This document shows positions 1 to 12,700 of a stretch of 64,000 nucleotides of DNA, one piece after another. The stretch spans positions 28,212,001 through 28,276,000 of the forward strand of contig CM075987.1 in assembly GCA_038087875.1 (NCBI GenBank), in the 5' to 3' direction. Made by a program: the position numbers and the translations under genes. The notes under the pieces are model-generated. The model saw nothing but the letters and a program-made list of their open reading frames with translations, was not told the origin of the DNA and made no database searches. Within the stretch, counting starts at the first letter, position 1. Each line of letters starts with the position of its first letter. The DNA is from Malacoraja senta (taxonomy: Eukaryota).

Positions 1-544
1 CCCCCCCCCCCCCCTCACCTTATGTCCCTCTAAACCCTCTAGTAGATTAAACCCTCTACTGTCACACTCGGATTATTTCGGGCTGAAACACTCGTGTCAC
101 ATATTTTTTATTAAGGCGGGGCTTTACCTGGTTTTACACTATTCCGCAGCCCTGTGGTGTGGATGTTTCCGCCGTGTCCGGAGCCTTGTTGCTGCTTGTT
201 GCAGCTGCTGCCGTCCCTGGACTCAGAGGCAGGCTCTGACCAAAGGCTCAGAGTCGACTAGTTTTGCTCCTCGGCAGCTGCCACAGAGCTCTCAATGCCA
301 CTGCCGTTCCCTGCCTTGGCTTCACTCCCACCGACCCGTCACAGCCCTCGTTGAAGTGTTAGTTTGATCCGCTTGATAAATGGAGATTGTGACATTACAT
401 CTCACATCATCCACCCCACCCCGCCACATCTGGAAGGATTATTTTAAAAAACTAAGCGCTGGAGGAAGACAGCGGCTCTGGGGAGGGAATAGACAGGTGA
501 CGGTTCCAGTCGAGATTCTCCAAAGGATTTTAAAAGTTAGGTTG

Positions 545-790
545 CTATTTTGTGAAAGGGTAAGGATTTAATAGGAAACTGAATGGTAACTTTTCCATAC
601 AGAGGGCGATGGATGACTCCAGGGAACCAGAGGAAGTAGTTGAGGCAAGTACTGGAACATGTAAAAGACATTTAGACAAGTACATGGATAGGACAGGTTG
701 AGAGAGCTATAGGGCAAACGCAGGCAGATGGGACTAGTTGTAGATGGGGCATGTTGGTCGGTGTGGAGAAGTTTATGACTAAGCCAGTCA
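545..790 (+). mobile_element. CR1-type LINE 3' fragment (degraded)
   Basis: Matches the CR1 ORF2 end/3'UTR seen elsewhere in the window (…CATTTAGACAAGTACATGGATAGG…GGGCATGTTGGTCGG). Confidence 0.65.
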
Positions 791-1179
791 ATGTTTTCAT
801 CACACAATAACTGCTCGAGACTGAGAGTCACACGACTGTGAGGTTTGTTGCTGCCACATCCAGTAATATTGTTTGTTTCATTTTACAGTGTAGAGCTGGG
901 TAGCAGGGTGTTGAGTTACATAAGGAAATAGTTTGATTAGAGCTAGAGTGGAGGTGGAAGGGTGTTTTTCTGACTGGGTATATGTGACCCATGGTGTATC
1001 TCTGGATTCTTTGTAACACTGTTTAGAGATGTTGGCTTTACAGGCTGAGCCAGCCTTTAATCACCCATAGCTGCCTCTTTGACGTGCGTTTGTATACACT
1101 CGCCAATGCTGTCAGGGAAGTAGTTCGTGGATTTGGACCCAGTGATGGTGAAGGAACAGCGACATATTTCTGAGGATCG

Positions 1180-1570
1180 TCTTCCAAGGAGCACAGGAGG
1201 ATGAGGGGTGATATAAGTGTACAAAATTGTGAGGAATAGATCGGGTAAACGCAGTGTCTATTGCCCAAAGTAGGGGAATTGAGAACCAGAAAATATGTTT
1301 AAATTGAGAGGGGAAAGATTTAATAAGAACCCGAGGAGTAACTTTCTCACAAAAAGGGTGGTGAGTGTTTGGAATGAGCTGCTGGAGGAGGTAGTTGAGG
1401 CAGGTATCATCACAACATTTAAGAAACATTTGGACAGGTACATGGACAGAATGGGTTTAGAGGGAAATGGGCCAAACATGGGCAGGTGGGACTAGCGTAG
1501 ATGGGGCATGTTGGTCAGTGTGGGAAAGTTGGGCCAAAGGGCCTGTTTTCCATGCTGTGTGACTCTATGA
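1180..1570 (+). mobile_element. CR1-type LINE 3' fragment
   Basis: ORF 1295-1495 (…NFLTKRVVSVWNELLEEVVEAG…FKKHLDRYMD) is the CR1 ORF2 C-terminus, followed by the 3'UTR and a short-repeat tail. Confidence 0.85.
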
Positions 1571-2259
1571 ATCAGGATGGTGTGGAGGCAACCTGTACGT
1601 GGTGGTGTCCCCGAGCTTCTACTGCCCTTGCTCTTCTAGCTAGTGGAGGTGCCGTCTGAGGAGTCTGTGAGTTGCAGCAGTGAATCCTGTAGATGGTACA
1701 AACTGCTGCTGTTGTGTGTCGATGGTGGAGTTAGTGAATGGGTGTGGATGGGTCTGTATCAAGCAGGCTGCTGTGCCCTGTCAAGCCTCTTGAGTGTTGT
1801 TGAAGCTGCACCCATCCAGGCAAGTGGAGAATGTTCCATCACTCATTGGAGACTCGCAGACTATCTTTGATCGGACTTTATCTTACACTAAATTTTATTC
1901 ACGTTATTCCCTTTATCATGTATCTTTACACTGTGAATGGTTCGATTGTAATCATGTTTCGTCTATCCGCTCACTGGTTAGCATGCACAAAAGCTTTTCA
2001 TTGTACCGTGGTACACGTGACTATAAACTAATCTCAAACTCCGGACATGAGCCTGGTAGATGGTGGAGTTAAGATACGATTTATCCACCACTCTCTAGCC
2101 TCTGACACCTCTTGTTGCCGCGTTGTGTGTATGGTTACTCCTGTTCAGTTTCATTGGTACAGCAATCCGCTGTGGTGGAAGTTTATGATAACTATTTGTA
2201 GTTGTGTGTTTTGTTGCTTTTTTTTCGTGTGGCTGTATGGTAAATCACATATCACTGTA

Positions 2260-2425
2260 GATTTGGAGCGAAGGAACTAGGCAAAGTTTCGGGTCGAGAC
2301 CCTTCTTCAGACTCGACCCGAAACGTTACCTATTTCCTTCGCTCCATAGATGTTGCCTCACCCGCTGAGTTTCTCCAGCATTTCTGTCTACCTTCGATAT
2401 TCCAGCATCTGCAGTTCCTTCTTAA
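2260..2425. mobile_element. Short fold-back Penelope-derived insertion with hammerhead-like core
   Basis: Flanked by a 13-bp direct repeat ACATATCACTGTA (2247-2259, 2426-2438). Has internal inverted arms. Minus strand 2283-2310 reads CTGAAGA-AGGGTCTCGACCC-GAAAC. Confidence 0.7.
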
Positions 2426-3499
2426 ACATATCACTGTACCTTAACTGGTACACGTGACAATAAAAGACCTTTGAGACCTTTGAAGCTGAATTCAAAGTCA
2501 TTCTTTGTCAGGCCCAGGTAGAGGAGTTTGACCAAAGTCTCATCTGGTCTATCAGGATCAGGGGTTTTCTACAGGATATTTTTAACCACCTGTATGCCCC
2601 TATCTATTTCTATGTTTGTGTACAGCTTTCAATGCTATGATAAATACTATGGTCATAAGTAAAATTAAGTCCTATTCTGCGAGTTAAGAAACTAGTCATT
2701 GTATTCTGTGAAACTGTTAGATTCACATCTGCAGTGAGATACAATGGGCTTCCTGGAGCTATTTCCCCAAAACTATTGAACGTTGAATTCTCCAATTTTC
2801 GGTATTTACAACCATCTTTGAGGTAACAAAGTAACACTTAAAGAGCTTTTAAAGAATATGAAAAGCCAACTTTTATAGACACATTTTGATCACTACTGTC
2901 TGCTTCTCTCAGAATACAAGTATCTTGTATATGAATCTCATTCTCATTCACCAAAGACATCTTTGGGCAGGTTGTGGTTACTGAGGTGAATCCAGGATTC
3001 TGGTCTTGATGTCTGGAGCTTCCAGCGATCTTGCAGCTGCTCCAGTAATTCTGCAGGCGGATGCAGATTCTTCTTCCAAACAAAGCTTCTCACCAGCATC
3101 GGTCACAAAGACATCGAATCAGAAGTTGATGAACTGATTCTGTCTGTCTGTTCTGGAAATACCCGAAACGTCGCCAATTCCTTCTCTCCATAGATGCTGC
3201 CTCACCCGCTGAGTTTCTCCAGCATTTTGTATCTACCTTAGAGTTCAGAGAGTTCTCTTTCAAATGAGAATCGAGCAGAGCATACATTTTTCTTTGAAGA
3301 GTTGTTTGTGCTTGTGGATTGTGTGCTGAAAATAGAAGCAGGCCACGTGTCGATCTCTCAACAGTCGACCCGAGAATAAAACAACCTGAGCAGCATTCTC
3401 TGCCAGCAGTAATGTGTTTAAATATTCCTCCATCATCACTGCTGCCATGAGGACACAAAACATTTAACACATTGTGAATTTCAACCCAAATATTGATTT

Positions 3500-6400
3500 T
3501 AGAAACATAGAAAATAGGTGCAGTAGGCCATTCGGCCCTTCGAGCCTGCACCGCCATTCAATATGATCATGGCTGATCATCCAACTCAGTATCCTGTACC
3601 TGCTTCTCTCCATACCCCCTGATCCTTTAGCCACAGGGCCACATCTAACTCCCTCTTAAATATAGCCAATGAACTGGCCTCTACTACCTTCTGTGGCAGA
3701 GAATTCCAGAAATTCACCACTGTCTGTGTGAAAAATGTTATCCTCATGTCGGTCCTAAAAGATTTCCCCCTTATCCTTAAACTGTGACCTCTTGTTCTGG
3801 ACTTCCCCAACATCGGGAACAATCTTCCTGCATCTAGCCTGTCCAACCCCTTAAGAATTTTGTACGTTTCTATAAGATCCCCCCTCAATCTTCTAAATTC
3901 TAGCGAGTAGAAACCGAGTCTATCCAGTCTTTCTTCATATGAAAGTCCTGACATCCCAGGAATCAGTCTGGTGAACCTTCTCTGTACTCCCTCTATGGCA
4001 AGAATGTCTTTCCTCAGATTAGGAGACCAAAACTGTACGCAATACTCCAGGTTGGTCTCACCAAGACCCTGTACAACTGCAGTAGAACCTCCCTGCTCCT
4101 ATACTCAAATCCTTTTGCTATGAATGCTAACATACCATTCGCCTTCTTCACTGCCTGCTGCACCTGTATGCCTACTTTTAATGACTGGTGTACCATGACA
4201 CCCCAGGTCTCGTTGCATCTCCCTTTTCCTAATCGGCCACCATTCAGATAATAGGAGATAATAGTCTACATTCCTGTTTTTGCCACCAAAGTGGATAACC
4301 TCACATTTATCCACATTATACTGCATCTGCCATGCATTTGCCCACTCACCCAACCTATCCAAGTCACCTTGCAGCCTCAGAACATCCTCCTCACAGCTAA
4401 CACTGCCCCCCAGCTTCGTGTCATCCGCAAACTTGGAGATGTTGCATTCAATTCCCTCGTCCAAATCATTAATATATATCGTAAATAGCTGGGGTCCCAG
4501 CACTGAGCCTTGCGGTACCCCACTAGTCACTGCCTGCCATTGTGAAAAGGACCCGTTTACTCCTACTCTTTGCTTCCTGTCTGCCAGCCAGTTCTCTATC
4601 CACATCAATACTGAACCCCCAATACCGTGTGCTTTAAGTTTGTATACTAATCTCTTATGTGGGACCTTGTCGAAAGCCTTCTGAAAGTCCAGATATAACA
4701 CATCCACTGGTTCTCCCTTATCCACTCTACTAGTTACATCCTTGAAAAATTCTATAAGATTCGTCAGACATGATTTACCTTTCATAAATCCATGCTGACT
4801 TTGTCCAATGATTTCACCACTTTCCAAATGTGCTGCAATCCCATCTTTAATAACTGATTCTAGCAGTTTCCCCACTACCGACGTTAGACTAACTGGTCTG
4901 TAATTCCCCGTTTTCTCTCTCCCTCCCTTTTTAAAAAGTGGGGTTACATTAGCTACCCTCCAATCCTCAGGAACTACTCCAGAATCTAAAGAGTTTTGAA
5001 AAATTATCACTAATGCATCCACTATTTCTGGGGCTACTTCCTCAAGTACTCTGGGATGCAGCCTATCTGGCCCAGGGGATTTATCGGCCTTTAATCCATT
5101 CAATTTACCTAACACCACATCCCGGCTAACCTGGATTTCACTCAGTTCCTCCATCTCATTTGACCCCCGGTCCCCTGCTATTTCCGGCAGATTATTTCTG
5201 TCTTCCTTAGTGAAGACAGAACCAAAGTAGTTATTCAATTGGTCTGCCATGTCCTTGTTTCCCATGATCAATTCACCTGTTTCTGACTGCAAGGGACCTA
5301 CATTTGTTTTAACTAATCTTTTTCTCTTCACATATCTATAAAAGCTTTTGCAGTCAGTTTTTATGTTCCCTGCCAGTTTTCTTTCATAATCTATTTTCCC
5401 TTCCTAATTAAGTCCTTTGTCCTCTGCTGGACTCTGAATTTCTCCCAGTCCTCTGGTAGGCTGCTTTTTCTGGCTAATTTGTACGCTTCATCTTTTGTTT
5501 TGATACTATTCCTGATTTCCCTTGTTATCCATGGATGCACTACCTTCCCTGATTTATTTTTTTGCCAAACTGGGATGAACAATTGTTGTAGTTCATCCAT
5601 GCAGTCTTTAAATGCCTTCCATTGCATATCTACGGTCAACCCATTAAGAATCAATTGCCAGTCTATCTTGGCCAATTCACTTCTCATACCCTCAAAGTTA
5701 CCTTTCTTTAAGTTCAGGACCCTTGTTTCTGAATTAACAATGTCACTCTCCATCCTAATGAAGAACTCAACCATATTATGGGCACTCTTGCCCAAGGGGC
5801 CACGCACAATAAGACTGCTAACTTACCCTTCCTCATTACTCAATACCCAATCTAGAATAGCCTGCTCTCTCGTTGGTTCCTCTACATGTTGGTTTAGAAA
5901 ACTATCCCGCATACATTCCAAGAAATCCTCTTCCTCAGCACCCTTGCCAATTTGATTCACCCAATCTATATGTAGATTGAAGTCACCCATTATAACTGTT
6001 TTACCTTTGTTGCACGCATTTCTAATTTCCTGTTTGATGCCATCCCCAACTCCACTACTACTGTTAGGTGGCCTGTACACAACTCCCACTAGCGTTTTCT
6101 GCCCCTTAGTGTTTCGCAGCTCTACCCATATCGATTCCACATCCTCCAAGCTAATGTCCTTCCTTTCTATTGCGTTAATCTGCTCTCTAACCAGCAACGC
6201 TACCCCACCTCCTTTCCCTTTCTGTCTATCCCTCCTGAATATTGAATATCCCTGGATGTTCAGCTCCCAGCCTTGGTTACCCTGGAGCCATGTCTCCGTG
6301 ATCCCAACTATATCATAGTCATTAATAGCTATCTGCACATTCAACTCATCCACCTTATTACGAATGCTCCTTGCATTGAGACACAAAGCCTTTAGGCTTG

Positions 6401-7820
6401 TTTTTACAACACTCTTACCCCTTATACAATTATGTTGAAAAGTGGCCCTTTTTGATTTTTGCCCTGGATTTGTCTGCCTGCCACTTTTACTTTTCACCTT
6501 GCTACCTATTGCTTCTACCCTAATTTTACACCCCTCTGTCTCTACGCTCACACATTTAAGAAACCCTTTCCCTTTAACTCCATCCTCAACTATCCTATTC
6601 GATACCCCACCCCCCTTATTCAGTTTAAAACCACCCGTGTAACAGTGGCAAACCTGCCTGCCAGAATGCTGGTCCCCCACCTGTTAAGATGCAATCCGTC
6701 CCTTTTGTACAGTTCCCTTTTACTCCAAAACAGATCCCAGTGATCTAAGAATCTAAATCCCTGCCCCGTGCACCAGTTCCTCAGCCACACATTCAGGTCC
6801 CGTATCTCCCTGTTCCTGCTCTCGCCAGCACGAGGAACTGGAAGCAAACCGGAGATAACAACCCTGGAGGTCCTGCTTTTCAGCATTTTTCCAAGCTCTC
6901 TAAAGTCACGCTGCAGAATATTCATCCCCTTCTTTCCGACATCGTTTGTGCCGACATGCACTACCACTTCCGGCTGTTCACCTTCGCCCTTGAGGATTTT
7001 CTGCACTCTGTCCGTGACATCCTGGATCCTGGCACCAGGAAGGCAGCACACCATCCTCGAATCCCGTCTGTTGCCGCAGAAACCCCTGTCCGTACCTCTC
7101 ACAATGGAGTCTCCCACTACAATGGCGTTGCCTGACTTTGGCATTTTTGGTTTTGGCTCAACAGCCCAATTCGCATCGCAAGCCAGTCTGCCGCTCAGTG
7201 TTAAAACATCTTCTGTCCCGACAGCTTCCAAGTGGGTGAACCTGTTCACAAGAGGTACAACATCCGGGGACATTTGCATTCCATGCTTCCCTCCCTTTCT
7301 CACTGTCTCCCACCTTCTCTCTTCTAGTACCTTAGGTGTAACAATCTTACTGTAGGACTTGTCGAGAAACGACTCCGTTTCTTGGACAAACCTGAGGTCA
7401 TCCACTTGCTTCTCCAGTTCCCCAACACGGTCCTTCAGGAGCTGTACCTGGATGCACTTGTCACATTTGTAGCAGCCAGAGGCACCAGCAGTGTCCTTGA
7501 CCTCCCACATACTGCAAGCATCACACTGAATCAGCTTGCCTGACATCTCCTTCTTTTGTCTCTCCCTCTGCAGTGTTTTGCTTAGCCTCCTCTCCTCAGC
7601 CTCCTCGCCGAAGACTCTCGAGCCAAAGACTCACACTTTTCTCCCAGGGCACTTCCCTCACAAGGCCGCTCCCTAAGAGCAGTCTTGCTTATATAGACTG
7701 ATAAATTGCCTAATTTACAATCCAAATTCCTCAGTTTTCCCTCCTCTGACTCACTTCTCTCCTCCCTCTTGGGCTAGAGCCAATCAGTGTTTTCTCTTGC
7801 TAATCTTCTCCTGCTGTTGC
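3500..7820 (-). mobile_element. Near full-length CR1-clade LINE (5'UTR, intact ORF1, frameshifted ORF2, 3' tail)
   Basis: ORF1 is 6620-7546. ORF2 pieces: 5823-6680 (APE endonuclease: LNARSI, GITETW, VYRPP, MGDFN), 5391-5807, 4105-5331 (RT: NYRPVSLTS, GVPQGSVLGP, KFADD), 4014-4196, 3586-3954. The 3' short-repeat tail is at ~3500. The 5' boundary is approximate. Confidence 0.95.
6620..7546 (-). CDS. CR1 ORF1 protein, 308 aa: Cys zinc-finger/leucine-zipper N-terminus plus SGNH/GDSL esterase-like domain
   Basis: CDAC…CDKC, heptad leucines (LLKDRVGELEKQVDDL), and SGNH blocks GDSIVRG, HVGTND and DGLHLN. This is the known architecture of vertebrate CR1 ORF1p. Confidence 0.9.
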   Translation of the reverse strand: MSGKLIQCDACSMWEVKDTAGASGCYKCDKCIQVQLLKDRVGELEKQVDDLRFVQETESFLDKSYSKIVTPKVLEERRWETVRKGGKHGMQMSPDVVPLVNRFTHLEAVGTEDVLTLSGRLACDANWAVEPKPKMPKSGNAIVVGDSIVRGTDRGFCGNRRDSRMVCCLPGARIQDVTDRVQKILKGEGEQPEVVVHVGTNDVGKKGMNILQRDFRELGKMLKSRTSRVVISGLLPVPRAGESRNREIRDLNVWLRNWCTGQGFRFLDHWDLFWSKRELYKRDGLHLNRWGTSILAGRFATVTRVVLN

Positions 7821-7931
7821 TTCCAAATCTACAGCAGCTCTGAGTCTAAAGATTCTATTTTACACTTTGTTAAGAGATATATCATCTCTAGTTCACTGAT
7901 AAGCAGATTGTGAACAGAAATTCGAATAATT

Positions 7932-8205
7932 GGGCAGCACAGTAAAGCTGCTGCCTCACAGCACCAGAGACCTGGGCTCAATCCTGACCTCGGCTGCTAT
8001 CTGTGTGGAGTTTGTACGTTCTCCCCGTGACATCTGGGTCCTCCAGAATGCTTCCTTATTCCAAAGATATGCAAGTTTGTGGGTTAATTGGCCTCTGTAA
8101 ATTGCCCCTAGTGTGTAGGGATTGGATGAGAGCTAGTGTGACCCGGGTGACAATGGTCGGCATGGACTCAGTGGGCCGAAGGGCCTGTTTCCATGATGTA
8201 TCAGA
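7932..8205 (+). mobile_element. tRNA-derived SINE (HE1/V-SINE-like)
   Basis: Same head and body as the copy at 18512 (GCTGCCTCACAGC…GGGCTCAATCCTGAC…GGAGTTTGTACGTTCTCCCC), with a LINE-like tail. Confidence 0.75.
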
Positions 8206-8814
8206 CTTTGAGTATTTGCCAGTAACTTGTACTTGGACTCAATCTGTTCATATTCATGTTATTGATCTTTTACAAACATTTTAGTTACCAATGTCAGAAT
8301 CGACAGCTTTTTATACTTCATGTTCTTCTTTCATTGCAGTGATTCTACTTGATCTTCCTCTATATCTTTGTCATCCACTAGTTCAGCGTTGGCTAAATTG
8401 TTTTGTCTTATGGGAACAATCCTACACCCTGTCTGCTTTAAAGGGCAACCATTGATCAATTACAGCTCTTGGGCAGAAACCAACCCTAACTTGCAGAAAC
8501 TGATCATCCCTTTTTACACAACCGGTCCAAATGCCGTTATTTTCACCATACCCCAAGACTTCTCAACTTGACCCAAGCTTTTGTTTAACAGAAATGCTGG
8601 AAAACCTCTCGGGTCAGGGCAACGAACTGAAATATTAAATAGACTTCACCAGAGCTACTGAATGTTCCTAGCATTTCCGGTTTGTCTTTCAGTGGATTTC
8701 TGCTTCCCTGGAGGTGAAGGACGACAACATCCCCCTTGTGCTTCAGTGGGGTGAACCACTCCAAATCACACTCTCTCCTGCTAATGCTCAGTCTGCACCC
8801 AGACACAAGTCAAT

Positions 8815-9008
8815 GGTTTGGTTAAGAGATACAGCGTGGAAACGGGCTCTTCACCCCACTGAGTTTGCACCGACTGATGATCACCGTACACTGGCTCTGT
8901 GTTATCCTAGTTTCATACCCTACGCAGTAGGGACGATTTACAGAAGACAATTAACCTACAAACCCGCACGTCTCTGGGATGTGGGAGGAAATCAGAGCAC
9001 CTGAGAGG
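8815..9008 (-). mobile_element. SINE 3' portion (same family as 18512), truncated by the gap
   Basis: Reverse complement of the SINE body and tail (…CAATTAACCTACAAACC…). Confidence 0.65.
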
Positions 9009-9010
9009 AC

Positions 9011-9210
9011 NNNNNNNNNNNNNNNNNNNNNNNNNNNNNNNNNNNNNNNNNNNNNNNNNNNNNNNNNNNNNNNNNNNNNNNNNNNNNNNNNNNNNNNNNN
9101 NNNNNNNNNNNNNNNNNNNNNNNNNNNNNNNNNNNNNNNNNNNNNNNNNNNNNNNNNNNNNNNNNNNNNNNNNNNNNNNNNNNNNNNNNNNNNNNNNNNN
9201 NNNNNNNNNN
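9011..9210. other. Assembly gap (200 N)
   Basis: Run of N. Confidence 1.
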
Positions 9211-10028
9211 CTACAGTAAACTTGCTGTAATGGACCCCTTATAACGGATGTTAGTTATAGTAGACGGACCTGCCACACCACCACCCCACTACTGGTACCG
9301 CCTCCTCAGCCACCTACTGGCCTGGCTTCCGACACCATCCCTGACTCGCAAGGTGCACCAGCGATCCCTTCTTCACCCATCAGTCCGGTTAATGCAGCTC
9401 ACGTTATAGCCCCTTAGGACAGCACTCTGTTCAGGCAGCTACCACCAACAGGACGGGCTTGGTCACTGTGGGGCTCTCTCCCCCTCACCAGCTGTCGCTT
9501 TGTCTGCTCCACTGCCTCCTTCTCCACTGGAGTCGCTGACAGACTCCACCTTGGAAGATGTCGGTGAGGGTGGAGGAGGTGGTGGCAACAGGGAGTGAAC
9601 AAAGTGATGGCCAGTCGAAGAAGCGGCGGCTAGTGAAAGGGAAGGGAACCGCACGTGACTGAGTGCGTCCTGTCGGTGGCACGGCCTGAAGAAAGCGCTG
9701 TCCCCAGGGGCTACAACGCAAGCCACAACAACAGCTGTGTCAACCGGATCGTGCAGCGGGTGTTGGTCTCGCTGGTGCAGACCGGGGGTATACGGTGAAA
9801 TGACAAAGTACTGGAGTAACTCAATCAGTCTGAAGAAAAGTCTCGATGTCACCTATCCATGTTCTCCAGAGATGCTGCCTGACCCGCTGAGTTACTCCAG
9901 CATTTTGTGTCCTTTTGTGTATTAACCATCATTAGTTCCCAATTTCAAGGCAGAAGTATCAATGTCTATCTAACTCTTCCCTCCATGATCCTACATTTTT
10001 GGTGCGCTGTTCCCTTCTGTTTGCACAG

Positions 10029-10109
10029 ATCCTGGAGAGCTCACAGACCTTGCTGACTGTCCTGAAGCGGGAAGCTGGAACCCTGAATCAGGTCAACGAC
10101 AACAGCTGA
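10029..10109 (+). CDS. SSNA1: SSNA1 (NA14/DIP13) terminal coding exon; upstream exons not found in the window
   Basis: Polypyrimidine tract plus CAG acceptor, then ILESSQTLLTVLKREAGTLNQVNDNS*. This matches the human SSNA1 C-terminus (ILESSQTLLSVLKREAG). AATAAA at 10266-10271. Convergent with TPRN, as in mammals. Confidence 0.9.
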   Translation: MLESSQTLLTVLKREAGTLNQVNDNS

Positions 10110-11679
10110 GTAGCAGTCCTGGTCTTCTGCAGTCGGCTTCAATCACAACAGTGAGAAATGTGTCATTGGATGCCTCATAAAAGATAACTCTTGTATAGTT
10201 TCAAATTATGCATTTATCAGGGATTCTTGATTACTTAAACACTTGAATTTGTAGTTCTGCTTTATAATAAAGTATACAGATATGAAAAGTTTGGATTATT
10301 TAAATATAGTGATTATAATGGATGACTTACAATCCAATGTTTCCCTGTCTTTGATGATAGGAGTGGAGGGATAGTGATTCCAGAATTCTATAATAATTGT
10401 ATCATTTGAACTCCACCGAACAACTCAGTGTTGCAGGAAAATGATACATTTTGAAGAAAATTCATTGCTGGAGGTAAAGCTGATGTTCTGGTCAGCACTG
10501 GCTAGAAAACTCTTGTGCATTGTACTTTGTAACAAACCCTTTGCTGTTCAAACGGAAGATGTTGTCAGTGTTCTGGTGGATGTGAAGACCTGATAACTTC
10601 CAGCACCGTGGGTTTATGACTTCTGCAGTCATGTTTTTTTGAACAGCAGATAGAACAACTGAGTCCATCCTCGTAGTTTTAATAAAAGATTCACACCCTA
10701 AGATTGTTGGAAGTATATGAAAAAGGAACAAAGAGAGGAGAAAACATGCAAATTCATGGTTTAAAAACATTAACAAGTTGAACTTAAGTGTCTGTTCATT
10801 TCTGTGGGACGGATAACTGGGTCATGGGGTCCGTTCCTGTGCCATTCTATGTTTAATGCTGTAAACACAAACATCAAGCTGCAATCACTCCAATACCGCA
10901 GACTCCCAAACCCAGCATCAAACACTCCAATACCGCAAACTCCCAAACCCTGCATTAAACACTCCAATCTTGCAGTATCCTCAAGCCCGGCATAAAAAAC
11001 TCCCCTCTCCCGTGTAGAGCCCTCTACATATTGCCACAGGAAACTCTCCTCAACACATTGACATCAGTGATTAACAATGGGTAAACGTTGGCAGTGTTGC
11101 TACATGTAGTGCAGCTGTTCCACAGCATCAAACACCTGTATTCATTTCTAACCTCCATTGCAGTCTGTGTGTAGTAGATTTGCCCTGTTGTGAATTGCTT
11201 CTGGTGTTAGTGAGGTGACAGGAGAATTAGTAGAGGTATTAATAAATAAATATGACAGAATGGGTTACTGAGAAATACTGGGAAGGAGATAGTTCTGAGC
11301 TGCTATAAATTGGATAGGTTGACTGGCCTCCTTTGATGTAAGTAAATATGAACAAATGATGTATTCAGTCATATTGATATCGTCACTGAGGATGCGGGCA
11401 ATTAGATTTATCTCCAAATAAAAATGTTGGACAAATGGCCAGGCAGCAATCTGTGGAAAGAGTTGGTGTCAGCATTTTGGGATAATTTCCATAATTGGAA
11501 AAGTTAATAAAGTGCTACAGAGTAGGAAAGGGGGGCACAAACTAGAAAGGATTGTACTGGTTTGAAATGCTTTAAGGACGATGGTCCGATATAAATGAAG
11601 GTTAACAGGAGCAAGAAACAGAGGCTGAGCAGTCCTTCACAACCTTGTAGAATGGTTCTACTACCTTGTAGAACCTCGG

Positions 11680-12290
11680 TAGTAAAGAAAGCAAACGCAC
11701 TGCTAGCATTTATTTTGAGAGGGCTTGTATACATAAACAGGGATGCAATGCTGAACTCTATAAGGCGCTGGTCAGGCTGCATTTGGAATATTGTGAGCAA
11801 TTTTGGGCACCATATCTGAGGAAGGATGTGCTGACCCTGGAGAGGGTCCAGAAGAGGTTTACAAGAATGATCCCAGGAATGAATAGGTTAACATATGATG
11901 AGTGTTTGACGGCACTGGGCCTGTACTCGCTGAAGTTTAGAAGAATGAGGGGGGGCCTCATTGAAACGTACAGAATAATGAAACGTTTTATGTTTCCACT
12001 AGTGGGAGAGTCTAGGACTAGAGAATCATAGAATCAGAATTAAAGGACGTTCTTTTAGGAAGGAGATGAGGAGGAATTTCTTTAGTCAGAGGGTGGTGAA
12101 TCTGGAATTCTTTGCCACAGAAGGCTGTGGAGGCTACAAGCCAGTGGATATATTGAAGGCAGAGATAGATAGATTCTTGATTAGTACGGGTGTCAGAAGT
12201 TATGGGGAGAAGGCAGGATAATATAGTTAAGAGGGAGAGATAGATCAGCCATGATTGAACAGCAGGATAGACTTGGTGGGCTGAATGGGG
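11680..12290 (+). mobile_element. CR1 LINE 3' fragment
   Basis: Translations KKANALLAFI… and EYCEQFWAPYLRKDV…RVQKRFTRMIPGM. Confidence 0.9.
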
Positions 12291-12694
12291 ACGACTGTAA
12301 TGGAGGCGACGGCTGCAATGGGCCTTTGTAGCCAGCTGCAACTGGGACTGTAAAATGGCACCTCTTGCATAAGACTCAGTGGGCTGTTCTGCACCTTCTG
12401 TACTATCTGAGGGATTGTGCCCATGTACGGTGATAGTCTTGCTGAGCCGTATGCAAAAACGTATTTCACTGTACCTTGGTATACGTGATAATAAAGAAAC
12501 CATTGAAGTCCGAGGCAGGAAAATAACAGTACTAAGTACAGGAATAAAACGGGTACACAAGTTAAATGACAGATCTGCCAGAGTTCAATTCAACACAGTA
12601 CAGGCGGTAAGTCATGTCCTGTTTGTTTCTTCAGTACTTGAAGGTAAATCTATTTTAGACACTTTTCCACACAAAAACTATTGCCAGTGTATTT

Positions 12695-12700
12695 TTTATT
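12695..12700 (-). terminator. Candidate polyadenylation signal for TPRN (implies a ~3.2-kb 3'UTR)
   Basis: AATAAA on the minus strand at the end of a long repeat-poor stretch (12560-15915) downstream of the TPRN stop. Other signals are possible. Confidence 0.4.

Noticed and set aside
4280..7355. Several plus-strand ORFs of 113-195 aa
   Set aside because: Antisense shadows of CR1 ORF1/ORF2.
8693..8815. Acceptor-like site followed by a short open frame (…KDDNIPLVLQWGEPLQITL…)
   Set aside because: The acceptor derives from a repeat tail, there is no recognisable homology, and the ORF runs into a SINE.
9212..9265. TA-CAGTAAAC… start resembling a Tigger/pogo terminal repeat
   Set aside because: No matching second terminus found; adjacent to the gap.
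9700..9745. Faint similarity to SSNA1 exon 1 (GGGGCT…ACAACAAC…GTCAA)
   Set aside because: No ATG, frame not maintained, no donor, and no room for exon 2; probably chance.
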